This document shows, piece after piece, positions 43,291 through 52,347 of a DNA stretch of 64,000 bases (the stretch's first letter is position 1; each line of letters starts with the position of its first letter). The DNA lies in assembly GCA_017428265.1 (NCBI GenBank), contig JAFRRD010000027.1, forward strand, positions 19,209 through 83,208, in the 5' to 3' direction. The position numbers and the translations under genes were made by a program. The notes under the pieces are model-generated. The model saw nothing but the letters and a program-made list of their open reading frames with translations. It searched no databases and was not told the origin of the DNA. The DNA is from Lachnospiraceae bacterium (GTDB lineage: Bacteria; Bacillota; Clostridia; Lachnospirales; Lachnospiraceae).

Positions 43291-44429
43291 AAAAGAAAAA
43301 CACAATTACCTTGTTCCTTGCAATGCTGCTGCTTCTGTCTATGCTTTCGGGATGCGGTAAATCGAAAGGCGTCACGGTTGGTTCTAAACAGTTTACGGAG
43401 AACATCTTGCTGGGAGAAATTTATGCGCAGCTTATAGAAGCAAAAACAGACATTCCGGTGACACGGAAACTCAACCTGGGAGGGACTGCCGTTTGCCACC
43501 TGGCTGCTCAAAAAGGTGAGATCGACATGTACTTTGAATATACCGGCACCGCGTACAACGAACTGCTTAACCACGCGCTTGAAGCAGGCGTCACAAAAGA
43601 AGAGATCCTTGCCGTCTGCCAGAAGGAGCTAAACGAGAATTCCCAGATGACACTTTTTGACCCGCTTGGGTTCAACAACACTTATGCTGTTGCCGTCAAA
43701 ACATCAAGGCTAGAAGAGCTTGGTGTTGAAACACTATCTGACCTGTCAACCATTTCCGATCAAATTAAATTTGGTGCGGGCCACGCTTTTTACACCAGAC
43801 TTCATGACGGATACAACGGCTTGGTCGATACATATGGCATGAAGTTTAAAGAGACCCTGAAGATGGATACCTCTCTGCTATATGAGGCTGCGCATACTGA
43901 GGACCTAGACGCTATTATCGTATTTACAACAGACGGACTTCTGAAAAAATACGACCTGACCTGCCTGGTTGATGACAAAACCCTGTTTCCTCCTTATGAG
44001 GGGGCCATTCTTTGCAGAAACGATGTTTTAGAGAGATATCCGGAGCTTCGTGACGAATTAAACACGCTTGCAGGCAAAATTGATGATGAAACCATGCAAA
44101 TGCTGAACTACCAAGTGGATATCGAAAACCGTAGTGTTGAAGAGGTGGCAAAAGAATTCTTGATCAGTAATGGCTACATCTCCATAACTGATCAGGATAA
44201 TAGCAAAATATACACTGAACAAGAGGTGCTGGATATTGCGTATAAAGAAGCGGGAATCAATTCTAGTCAGGCAAGCGAGATAGAGGTTGAACTGAAAACA
44301 AAAGACAGTGTTGAGGTATACGAAATCGAGTTCGATTATGATGGGTATGAGTATGATTATGTGATTAATGCCAAAACAGGAGAAATCCTGTCTAAATCAC
44401 GAGAAAAAGAAGAACTGCCGACGACTTAG
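43287..44429 (+). CDS. osmoprotectant-binding lipoprotein (OpuCC-like) with a C-terminal PepSY-like domain
   Basis: Lipobox LSGCG and an OpuBC-type SBP (GSKQFTENILLGEIY). The last 80 aa or so (VEVYEIEFDYDGYEYDYVINAKTGEIL) look like PepSY. Confidence 0.7.
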   Translation: MKKKNTITLFLAMLLLLSMLSGCGKSKGVTVGSKQFTENILLGEIYAQLIEAKTDIPVTRKLNLGGTAVCHLAAQKGEIDMYFEYTGTAYNELLNHALEAGVTKEEILAVCQKELNENSQMTLFDPLGFNNTYAVAVKTSRLEELGVETLSDLSTISDQIKFGAGHAFYTRLHDGYNGLVDTYGMKFKETLKMDTSLLYEAAHTEDLDAIIVFTTDGLLKKYDLTCLVDDKTLFPPYEGAILCRNDVLERYPELRDELNTLAGKIDDETMQMLNYQVDIENRSVEEVAKEFLISNGYISITDQDNSKIYTEQEVLDIAYKEAGINSSQASEIEVELKTKDSVEVYEIEFDYDGYEYDYVINAKTGEILSKSREKEELPTT

Positions 44430-44513
44430 TCAACCTGCTGCTAAATGAACAAAGAAACCCATATACACCCTCTTGGATCTTTTCCAAAGCCAAGGGGAAA
44501 AGATTTATTTACC

Positions 44514-44548
44514 GAGGGGTCTTGGCAACCTTTCTGTCAAGACCCCTT
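44514..44548 (+). terminator. putative terminator after the opuC-like operon
   Basis: GAGGGGTCTTG-13 nt-CAAGACCCCTT followed by a T-rich tract. Confidence 0.4.
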
Positions 44549-44637
44549 CTTATATTTATTTGTATATCAGGGCATCGAAAAAGCGAAAGGACCATCTTGT
44601 GAATTCGAATTGATGCTCTTCACAAGGGATAATCTTT

Positions 44638-45459
44638 ATGGAAATATTTACTCGGTTGATTATAGCTTTGCAATACGAGATTGAACGGCCAAAGAGCTGG
44701 CATTCTTTTCACTTATTTTGGATTGGCTTGTGCATTTTAACCACATACGCTTTAATCCGTTATAAGCCAAAGGATCGTGAAAGATATTTGAAAACCATCT
44801 TAGGTGTGTATGGGATCATTGCCTTGGTCTTGGAGATAAGTAAACAGATCATTTGGTCTTACGACGGAACTTGGCATTATCAGTGGTATTCCGCGCCATT
44901 TCAGTTGTGCACAACCCCTGTTTTCGCGTCATTAATTGCGTTGTTCCTTCGGAAAGGTAAGTTCAGAGACCATCTGCTGTCTTATATGGCCTTCGTGACT
45001 ATATTGGGGTCGTTTGCAACAGCTGTTTATCCTGAGACTTGCTTCGTGAGAACACTACTGGTTGATGTGCACACGATGTTTCTGCACATGGGTAGTCTGG
45101 CGGTTTCTCTTTATCTTCTGGCTAAAGAGGTTGACATCTCGTGGAAATCCTTCCGAGGGGCTTACTGTGTTTTTCTTATGTTCGCCTTTATTGCTGAAAT
45201 GCTGAATGTCATTGTTTATAATACGGGAACACTGAATGGGCAGACATTTAACATGTTCTATATTAGCCCATATTTTATTAGTCCACTGCCGGTCCTTAAT
45301 GCTATACAGAGGGCAGTGCCGTTCCCCGTGTTTTTGATGAGCTATCTTTATGCCGTCTTTCTGGGATCTGGACTTGTTTTGATTATTGCTTCGAGAGTAA
45401 AACTGATCGCTTCCGGGAAAAACCTCCAGCATAACAAGAGAAAACTACCACAACACTAA
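44638..45459 (+). CDS. polytopic membrane protein, YwaF/TIGR02206-like
   Basis: 273 aa with about 8 TM helices and an FQLCTTPVF motif. Compare the core gene at 15992-16771. Confidence 0.45.
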   Translation: MEIFTRLIIALQYEIERPKSWHSFHLFWIGLCILTTYALIRYKPKDRERYLKTILGVYGIIALVLEISKQIIWSYDGTWHYQWYSAPFQLCTTPVFASLIALFLRKGKFRDHLLSYMAFVTILGSFATAVYPETCFVRTLLVDVHTMFLHMGSLAVSLYLLAKEVDISWKSFRGAYCVFLMFAFIAEMLNVIVYNTGTLNGQTFNMFYISPYFISPLPVLNAIQRAVPFPVFLMSYLYAVFLGSGLVLIIASRVKLIASGKNLQHNKRKLPQH

Positions 45460-45541
45460 GGTGAAATCAGAATAGGGAAACTCTATGCTTAATCACAAAA
45501 CATCTTCCTTAGCTTAGAAGATAAGTAATGTCAGGCGAGAA

Positions 45542-45976
45542 TTATTCTTGTCGAATGGCTACAGCTTGCAGGCAGATTGACAAGAGAATCGCTCCAAAAA
45601 CCGCATAGCTTGCAACTGTCATGCCAATCGTCCCAAACAAAAATAGCGGAACAATCGAAAAAACTAGTGAGAAGATGCTACAAATAAATATGGCTTTTTT
45701 GAGTTTAGTTGTGTTATTAAATTTAAACAAGGCAATTACACCGAGCAAGATTATCACTATTGTCAGGACTCCTGTTATCATAGGAAAGACATTCGCGTAC
45801 CCTACGGGAAGCATGCTGAAATATGAAAGCACTTCAATAGTTCGTTCGGTTGGACTTGTCGCAAAAACCATTACCGCACCAATCGGCAGTATCTCTAAAA
45901 CTAATGCCACCCCCTGAAGCATAAGAGCTGATAGATAAAGATTTAAATTCTTCTTGGCGCCTTTTCTATACATCAT
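45542..45976 (-). CDS. small membrane protein (144 aa, 4 TM)
   Basis: ORF with four hydrophobic helices. No family recognised. Confidence 0.45.
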   Translation of the reverse strand: MMYRKGAKKNLNLYLSALMLQGVALVLEILPIGAVMVFATSPTERTIEVLSYFSMLPVGYANVFPMITGVLTIVIILLGVIALFKFNNTTKLKKAIFICSIFSLVFSIVPLFLFGTIGMTVASYAVFGAILLSICLQAVAIRQE

Positions 45977-45997
45977 TGCCTCGTAGTTGTTTGAGGC

Positions 45998-46381
45998 TTA
46001 ATCGTAACTTTTGCCTTTCATTTGTGACATTAACCATTCCATGAGTATTAAGGCGGGATCAAAATTAGCACTTCTTCCCGTATATAGCAGTAACACATCT
46101 TGATTCTCTATAACTGCATTCAATTCACAAGCCAACGCTTTTGCTGCGGGGTTGGCGTCAAGTTCTGTATAATATAAAGACACATATTCGCCAAATCGCT
46201 CTTTATCGTGTCTGAATCTTTTGAAGAGTTCCGGCGATGGAGCAACATCCTTTGCCCAAAGATCTAACTGCAGTTTTTCTTTTCGAAAGCCGCCAGGCCA
46301 TTGCCGCTCCACCAAAACACGATATCCTTCTGTGTCATCTGACAGATCACAAACACGAAGCAATCGAAGAATGTGTGACAT
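45998..46381 (-). CDS. DUF488-family protein
   Basis: YRVLVERQWPGGFRKEKLQLDLWAKDVAPSPELFKRF matches the DUF488 pattern as I recall it. Confidence 0.65.
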   Translation of the reverse strand: MSHILRLLRVCDLSDDTEGYRVLVERQWPGGFRKEKLQLDLWAKDVAPSPELFKRFRHDKERFGEYVSLYYTELDANPAAKALACELNAVIENQDVLLLYTGRSANFDPALILMEWLMSQMKGKSYD

Positions 46382-46610
46382 GGCTCAGGCCACCTCTGTA
46401 AAAGAAGAGGCCAAAGGTGTTGTACTCTTAGTTTTTTTGATTGATACAGCAACACCTCGTTCCTTGCTTCTGTCCGACACAAAGCCCGGAAAACGGAACA
46501 AGATATACATCGTACTTTTGCCTCCTTGTTTCACGTTGCACAATTCACTCGAACTTACTTGCTTGAGGCTTTTGTCTTGCCACCAGAGTTTAAATCCCAA
46601 TTCACAATCT

Positions 46611-46925
46611 CTACTGTAGTACCGGCAAAACGAATGTAACGAATAAGCAGGTCCAAATAATCCACAGGATATTTAGACCAATGCCATAATCGAATCGAAC
46701 TATGTATCCTACGATAAACCCCAATATGTATCCTGCCACGGTTAATATGGGTAACCGTTTACACTTACAACCGAATCCTGAAACTACGATAACAATAAAT
46801 CCGATAATAAACAGATAAAAAGGCCATTGTTTCATGCCGTGTAAGTGAAACAATGGATAGCGCAGCAATAAGTAAGCCACAATTAATAGACTCAAAGAAG
46901 CAATGGAAACAAAAAACTTTTTCAC
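46611..46925 (-). CDS. small membrane protein (104 aa, 4 TM)
   Basis: Hydrophobic ORF with GGAGG upstream. Confidence 0.45.
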   Translation of the reverse strand: MKKFFVSIASLSLLIVAYLLLRYPLFHLHGMKQWPFYLFIIGFIVIVVSGFGCKCKRLPILTVAGYILGFIVGYIVRFDYGIGLNILWIIWTCLFVTFVLPVLQ

Positions 46926-47036
46926 GAGGCCTCCTTCAAACTGTTAACAGTAAACTATGACAGCACCTGGATGGCATTATAAAACAGATGCAATACTCTC
47001 GGCCTTCCATACATGTTTCTTCACCAGAAACAATAA

Positions 47037-47336
47037 TCAAATCTCTATCCTGAACTCTTTAGGGTTGCTTTCTTGATAAAAAACCTTTACTGTTGTCCCT
47101 GCAGAAAGAGGGGCACGGGTTGGACGCAAGAACTTCCTCTTGACATATTCGTGGCCATTGACAGAGTACCTGATTTTGATGATTTGAGGAAATGCAGCCC
47201 CATCCAAAGCGTGTGCTCTGACCGGCCTGGTGTTGATTTTTAACCACCAGCACAGCTTTGCTGACACGACAGTCCCTGTTGTTTTTTCTTTCTCCCATAT
47301 CAACCTTTCTTGCTTAGCGGATTTTTCTGGCAACAC
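47037..47336 (-). CDS. DUF3592-like beta-domain protein (possibly the distal half of a split gene)
   Basis: TTGTVVSAKL...IIKIRYSVNGHEYVKRKF...GTTVKVFYQESNP pattern. It is in frame with 47343-47603, separated by one TAA. Confidence 0.4.
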   Translation of the reverse strand: MLPEKSAKQERLIWEKEKTTGTVVSAKLCWWLKINTRPVRAHALDGAAFPQIIKIRYSVNGHEYVKRKFLRPTRAPLSAGTTVKVFYQESNPKEFRIEI

Positions 47337-47342
47337 AAGCTT

Positions 47343-47603
47343 TTATTTTCCAACGTTCTTTCTTTTTTTCCTAATGGCAATGACAATCTCTGCGAAGAAG
47401 AAGCAGAGAGAAATGATGCCGACGATTAAGAATATTCTCTGACAGCCAGAAATGTCTATAGAGTAATCTTCCGCTGAATAACCTGCTTGGTGTACGATCA
47501 GCCTTGAATGAATGCTCTTTTCAAGCAAAATTCTTACATAATCAGAGAGTGCATAGAGCCAGAAAGAAATTGTTGCCAATACAGCGAATCTAGATCTTAC
47601 CAT
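47343..47603 (-). CDS. small membrane protein (86 aa, 2 TM), possibly the proximal half of a split gene
   Basis: Two TM helices and a basic tail (IRKKRKNVGK), followed by a TAA stop. Confidence 0.4.
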   Translation of the reverse strand: MVRSRFAVLATISFWLYALSDYVRILLEKSIHSRLIVHQAGYSAEDYSIDISGCQRIFLIVGIISLCFFFAEIVIAIRKKRKNVGK

Positions 47604-47756
47604 GATAGCCTCCGTTTTAAATTGATTTACGAGAGCTGCCTTTATATGTCTGGTTTTTTATAAACCAATCGGCAGTTCTATACTATACTAAGTAATATAG
47701 TCGCTGACCTCTAACCACTTCCTAACACAAAGGAAAGTTGGTGATGAAAAAAGTTC

Positions 47757-48020
47757 TTAATAAGGATTCTTTGCACCTTCTTCGCAAATTGTGCTGTTTG
47801 AGCGTTTCAGGATAACATAACCTTCTTCGGTAACACCAAGAAGATAAGCTGCTACTTCGTTTCGGTTATACACGACGTAAACTGATGGCGTATCTGTGCC
47901 TAATGATCTACGTATGATATTCATTTCTTCTTCGGTGGGTTCCGCACCATAATTCGCACATGCACAGAAAGTGAATACAATCATTACCAGTATCATAAGG
48001 ATGATTGACAATTTTTTCAT
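47757..48020 (-). CDS. small lipoprotein/secreted protein (87 aa)
   Basis: Signal peptide MKKLSIILMILVMIVFTFCAC, with GGAGG upstream. Confidence 0.5.
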   Translation of the reverse strand: MKKLSIILMILVMIVFTFCACANYGAEPTEEEMNIIRRSLGTDTPSVYVVYNRNEVAAYLLGVTEEGYVILKRSNSTICEEGAKNPY

Positions 48021-48117
48021 AATGGCCTCCTTTTAGTCAACAATCCGCCTTCTCGTAGAAGGAAATGTAACAGTTTTCCTTATCCCCTCCTTTTCTAGAT
48101 CCTGCATGTCCATTTTA

Positions 48118-48393
48118 TCAAGTGCTTTTTGGCCTGATTTTTTCACGGCAACTAAAGTAAATTGCCAAAAGAACAATTGTCAGAGTAATGGAAGTTATTA
48201 GCGCAAAAACGTTCCACCAAGACATACTATCCGTCGTTACAGTCTGGAAAACGATCAATATCGAAAAGATAAAAGTAATAAACGGAAGTATCAGGCCCAA
48301 CCACTTGCTTTCTTCTTGTGAAAGAAAGATTTGTAACAATATACCCGCGGCTATAGTTACAAACAAGAAAAACAAAAATATCGCTGTTCTCAC
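48118..48393 (-). CDS. small membrane protein (91 aa, 3 TM)
   Basis: Hydrophobic ORF with an AAAGGAGG RBS upstream. Confidence 0.5.
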   Translation of the reverse strand: MRTAIFLFFLFVTIAAGILLQIFLSQEESKWLGLILPFITFIFSILIVFQTVTTDSMSWWNVFALITSITLTIVLLAIYFSCREKIRPKST

Positions 48394-48819
48394 TTATTTT
48401 GCCTCCTTTTAGTGAACCGTCTGATTTTTTAGAAGGAATTGTGACGGTTTTATTAACCAATTCTCCCCACATTAATACACCGGGTTAATGCGAAACAGGT
48501 TTTTGTTTTGTCATAGGTAGATTCTCATTAATAGCATGATAATGAGTGCTAGTCCTTTCTATTTCGTCTTGGTTATTAAACGTTAAGATTATCATCCTAA
48601 CGCGGTACTAACTTAAGGCAAACCCAACGAAAAGGCAGTCAAAATAAGCGTATTAATGTTCCAAGGAAGAACCGGTGGCTACACCGGTTCTTCCTTGGTG
48701 TTAGTAATAGCTTAGTTGCCTTGCTGTAAAAAGATATGGGCATTAAAAACAGTTAGAGAGGCAATTATGGATATCACAATCAAAGATCTTAAATCGGCCA
48801 AAGAGTTGAAAGAAAGTAT

Positions 48820-49254
48820 GTGCATTGGAAATCCTGGCAAGAGACATATCCGGGAAAGGTGGATCAGCGCTATCTTGCAGCTCTATCGCCTGAAAGATGC
48901 GAGGAAATCGCATACAAGCGATTCGATAACACAATTATTGCAAAAGATGGAGATCGTGTCATTGGTTTTGCAGATTACGGGGAATATCGCAACAACGAGC
49001 TGCCTGATACCGGAGAAATCTTTGCTCTTTATGTTTTGGCAGAATACTATGGCCATGGTGTTGGGAAAGCACTCATGCTGGCGGCTTTAGGAAAACTCGC
49101 GTTTTCACAAGTCGCGGTATGGGTGCTGAAAGGCAATGATCGTGCTATTCGGTTTTACGAAAAGTGTGGGTTTCGCTTTGACGGCTGCGCAGAGGATATC
49201 ATACTGGGATCACCAGTCACAGAACTAAGAATGATATTAAAAAACAGGCCGTAG
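48820..49254 (+). CDS. GNAT-family N-acetyltransferase (N-terminus probably frameshifted)
   Basis: LYVLAEYYGHGVGKALM acetyl-CoA motif. A likely original N-terminus (MDITIKDLKSAKELKESM, ATG 48767) is in another frame. Confidence 0.65.
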   Translation: MHWKSWQETYPGKVDQRYLAALSPERCEEIAYKRFDNTIIAKDGDRVIGFADYGEYRNNELPDTGEIFALYVLAEYYGHGVGKALMLAALGKLAFSQVAVWVLKGNDRAIRFYEKCGFRFDGCAEDIILGSPVTELRMILKNRP

Positions 49255-49274
49255 CGGTATTCTATGATATAAGA

Positions 49275-50015
49275 ATGGATCTGGATATGGATTTTGAGGT
49301 TAAACAGGTTTTCTACTCCTACGGGAAGACTCTTGCGTTGGACGGAATTTCATTTTCCGCTAGCCGTGGACAGATTGTTGGCTTGGTTGGAGAAAATGGA
49401 GCCGGAAAATCAACGATTATTAATAATATATATCGATTTCTGAAACCGGACAGGGGCTTCATAACACTTGATGGGAGAGACATCTTTTCTTATCCAATAG
49501 AGAACTATCCGGTTTCATATATTCCGGACGTTCCGGTCTTCTATGAAGAACTGTCATTGCTAGAGCATCTTTACTTTACAAAGGCGATTTATCCGCGTGG
49601 TAGCATTTCAATTGATGAATTGCTTGAAAAGCTGGACATGAAGGAGCACCTGAACAAAATACCCGCAGCTTTATCCAAAGGAACAAGACAAAAGCTGATG
49701 GTTGCTATGGCCTTGATGAGGGAGTATGATCTGTTAATTGCGGACGAGCCTTTTTCCGGGCTTGATCCAAAGCAAATCGCTTCACTAAAGGCGCTGCTCA
49801 TCGAACAAAAGCAGAATGGTAAAATTGTTCTTTTGTCCAGCCATTTACTTGACGTGACAGAAAATATTTGTGATCAGTATGTTGTGTTAAAGAACGGGAA
49901 GTGTCTGTTGTCTGGCACGAAAGAGGATTTGCTTTTGGCAACACACCTTCCGGCGGGCAGCACAATGGAGGCAATATATTTAGGATTGGTGGAACAAGAT
50001 GAAGTATCAAGCTGA
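49275..50015 (+). CDS. ABC transporter ATP-binding protein
   Basis: GENGAGKST, LSKGTRQKL and LLIADEPFSGLD motifs. Confidence 0.8.
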   Translation: MDLDMDFEVKQVFYSYGKTLALDGISFSASRGQIVGLVGENGAGKSTIINNIYRFLKPDRGFITLDGRDIFSYPIENYPVSYIPDVPVFYEELSLLEHLYFTKAIYPRGSISIDELLEKLDMKEHLNKIPAALSKGTRQKLMVAMALMREYDLLIADEPFSGLDPKQIASLKALLIEQKQNGKIVLLSSHLLDVTENICDQYVVLKNGKCLLSGTKEDLLLATHLPAGSTMEAIYLGLVEQDEVSS

Positions 50016-51279
50016 AATCCTGCTCCTGAAGAACAAATTTCGTCTTATGAAGGGCACCATTAGGCACGGATGGCAAGGAATTATCGGCATCGTTGCCGTT
50101 GGCAGCATCTTTTTTTACCAGTTCTTCTTTGTCATTGCAAAAGCAGGGTATGGGACAGCTGCCTCGTCGGAAGGAGTCTTCTATGCCTTGCTTTTCGTGG
50201 TTGCTATCAATCTATATCGAGTATTCATAAACCAATCGCCTGTATTCAGGATCGAAGCAGCATCCGTACTTCATACATATAACACAAGCCTTTTTAGAAA
50301 AAGTCTCTTCCGCAAGCAGATCCTATCTATGTTTTCATCGCTTCTTGTTTCTGGGATCTTTGCCTATATATTAAGCGGATTCATCTTCAATCTATCTTTT
50401 TTGAAGATGTGGTTCTCTTTCTCGCTTTACAATAGCAACAGCACATTTTTGTCTTGGCTTTTCTATCACAAAAAAGGAAAGAGTCGTTGGATTGTGCTCG
50501 TTATCTTTTCTCTTTGTACTGTCGGCCTATTTCTCAAATCAGCACCTGCAACTGTTGTTTTAGCCATTTTCCTGTGCGCTGTTTGGGCTTATGCCCAATG
50601 GTATTTGAGAATGGACATGCCAAAATACTTTGAGCGATTACAAAGAAATGAAGCGGCATCCGTCGCCTTTAGCCAAAACGATTATGCAAGAATGGTACAA
50701 ATTGCGGAAGAAAACCGTCCCGCTTTCGTCAGAGGCCCCATGATATATCACTTAAGGCTGACTAAAAAGACTGCTTTATGGGGTAAAAGCATGCTGGAAC
50801 TGTTCCGAATGCAAAAGCAGCCCATAATTCTTCTTGCCCTTCTTATGTTGACAGGATGGCTTGTCAGCCAGACAAGTCTACTTTCCTTTCTGCCCTTGTT
50901 AGATGATCCAGCCATATCCCGCGTTTTTGCTGTCTTTTGCACAACAACAGCACTCTGCAGTTTCTATCAGTTACTGATTAAACAGGCAAAAACTGTTTCC
51001 GAAAAACGGCGCCTTGGGTTATCACTTCCGTATTCAACAAAACAAATCGTCACGTCTTATGGGCTGACTGCGGTTTCTCTAAATCTGCTTATAACGATTG
51101 CCATCAGTCTGGTGTATTCTGTTTTTTCGATGCGGTTGGTTTTGTTCTTCTTTTCGGAAACGATTGCTTATTTTGTTCCCTGCTGTTCGCAGCTTTACGA
51201 AACAAGGTTCCAACGCGCAGCAAATACATTGTCTAATATGCTTCTTTTAGCGGGAGTGGGCTTTCTCTTGGCAGGTTAG
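49999..51279 (+). CDS. polytopic membrane protein, putative ABC exporter partner
   Basis: 426 aa with about 10 TM helices. It overlaps the ATPase gene by 17 nt. Confidence 0.5.
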   Translation: MKYQAEILLLKNKFRLMKGTIRHGWQGIIGIVAVGSIFFYQFFFVIAKAGYGTAASSEGVFYALLFVVAINLYRVFINQSPVFRIEAASVLHTYNTSLFRKSLFRKQILSMFSSLLVSGIFAYILSGFIFNLSFLKMWFSFSLYNSNSTFLSWLFYHKKGKSRWIVLVIFSLCTVGLFLKSAPATVVLAIFLCAVWAYAQWYLRMDMPKYFERLQRNEAASVAFSQNDYARMVQIAEENRPAFVRGPMIYHLRLTKKTALWGKSMLELFRMQKQPIILLALLMLTGWLVSQTSLLSFLPLLDDPAISRVFAVFCTTTALCSFYQLLIKQAKTVSEKRRLGLSLPYSTKQIVTSYGLTAVSLNLLITIAISLVYSVFSMRLVLFFFSETIAYFVPCCSQLYETRFQRAANTLSNMLLLAGVGFLLAG

Positions 51280-51344
51280 TGTCTGTTGGAGGAAGCGCAT
51301 GTGAATTGTTGCGGGCACAACGGAACAAATCAGAGGAACAGATT

Positions 51345-52007
51345 ATGAATAACAACATTTTTGATGAAGACATCTATTGCAGTTACATAATAAAAGGTGA
51401 TCTTTTAGGAGCAATCTATTATGTAAAACAGTTTTCAGAACAGACAGGACTTTATCAGCGGTATATGACCGTCTTTGATAAAGAACAATATCTGACCTAT
51501 GAAATCGGTGAACCGCTCAACACTTTTTTGTATGCTTATCAACAGTATTATCGAGACGTGTTCTTTCTGCGCCTCGACAGAGTCGTGGCTGCCGATAAGC
51601 TGCGGGCAAGGCTGGCGGCGCTCCTTCATATCACTGATGTGAACATAAGCCTTGATGATATTGAACAGGAGGCCATTGCCGGAGAATTTCTGCGCAGAGG
51701 CTTTTATTTTCTCGGTGGCAAGACGGGCGGCTACTATGGGCCATACGTCTGGAAATCAATGGAGAAAAGGACCTATGAAGTTGAATTGCCGGACAGAACA
51801 CAGCCTTATGCCGTGAAGTTGCTGGACGGCTTTATTATGAGAAGTTGGTTGGACTATCTCTCTTTCGGGAGAGTAAACACGGGGGGCTGGACAGATACCG
51901 ATGGGATCATCAACTGTGTAAAATCCGCCTATGACTTTGACAGTGAACATTTCCGAGTATCGCTTCTCAAACACGAAGCGCAGCACGCATGCGATTTAGT
52001 TCTCTAA
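51345..52007 (+). CDS. hypothetical protein ending in an HExxH motif
   Basis: Started at MNNNIFDEDIY (AGAGGA upstream). The C-terminus reads ...LLKHEAQHACDLVL, only 7 residues after HEAQH. Confidence 0.45.
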   Translation: MNNNIFDEDIYCSYIIKGDLLGAIYYVKQFSEQTGLYQRYMTVFDKEQYLTYEIGEPLNTFLYAYQQYYRDVFFLRLDRVVAADKLRARLAALLHITDVNISLDDIEQEAIAGEFLRRGFYFLGGKTGGYYGPYVWKSMEKRTYEVELPDRTQPYAVKLLDGFIMRSWLDYLSFGRVNTGGWTDTDGIINCVKSAYDFDSEHFRVSLLKHEAQHACDLVL

Positions 52008-52036
52008 AGTAATTGAGAAAGCTGAAATGCTTCATG

Positions 52037-52066
52037 CCGTCAGCGTGTAAAAGGCTGGCGGTTTTT
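52037..52066 (+). terminator. rho-independent terminator
   Basis: CCGTCAGC-9 nt-GCTGGCGG followed by TTTTT. Confidence 0.55.
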
Positions 52067-52347
52067 ATTGCGCTATAGAAGATATCTTATGATCAGAGGA
52101 ACTTCTAGCCCCTTTAGCGGATAGTCACTATTTGAAAAAATTCTCATTACAAGGCGCTGAAAAGCACTCTAAAGCCTTGATTTATAAGAAAAAACCTTCT
52201 TTTGTTAGTAGAAAAGTGTTTTTTGTTTGTTGGCTGTTTGTTCTCGCGCGATATACACATAAATGAAGAATGGGGTGATGGATTATGTGGGAAGAAATGA
52301 AAACCCAGCAGTGAACTTTTCGTATTATAAACCAAGGAGGCACTTTT

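Noticed and set aside
44445-44684. 79-aa ORF between opuCC and the YwaF-like gene.
   Set aside because: It spans the terminator hairpin at 44514-44548, has no RBS, and shows no recognisable composition.
52263-52347. Possible precursor-peptide ORF upstream of the radical SAM gene (MKNGVMDYVGRNENPAVNFSYYKPRR... and MWEEMKTQQ).
   Set aside because: There is no RBS. One candidate overlaps the rSAM start out of frame and the other is 9 aa. Neither has Cys/Ser/Thr-rich core features.
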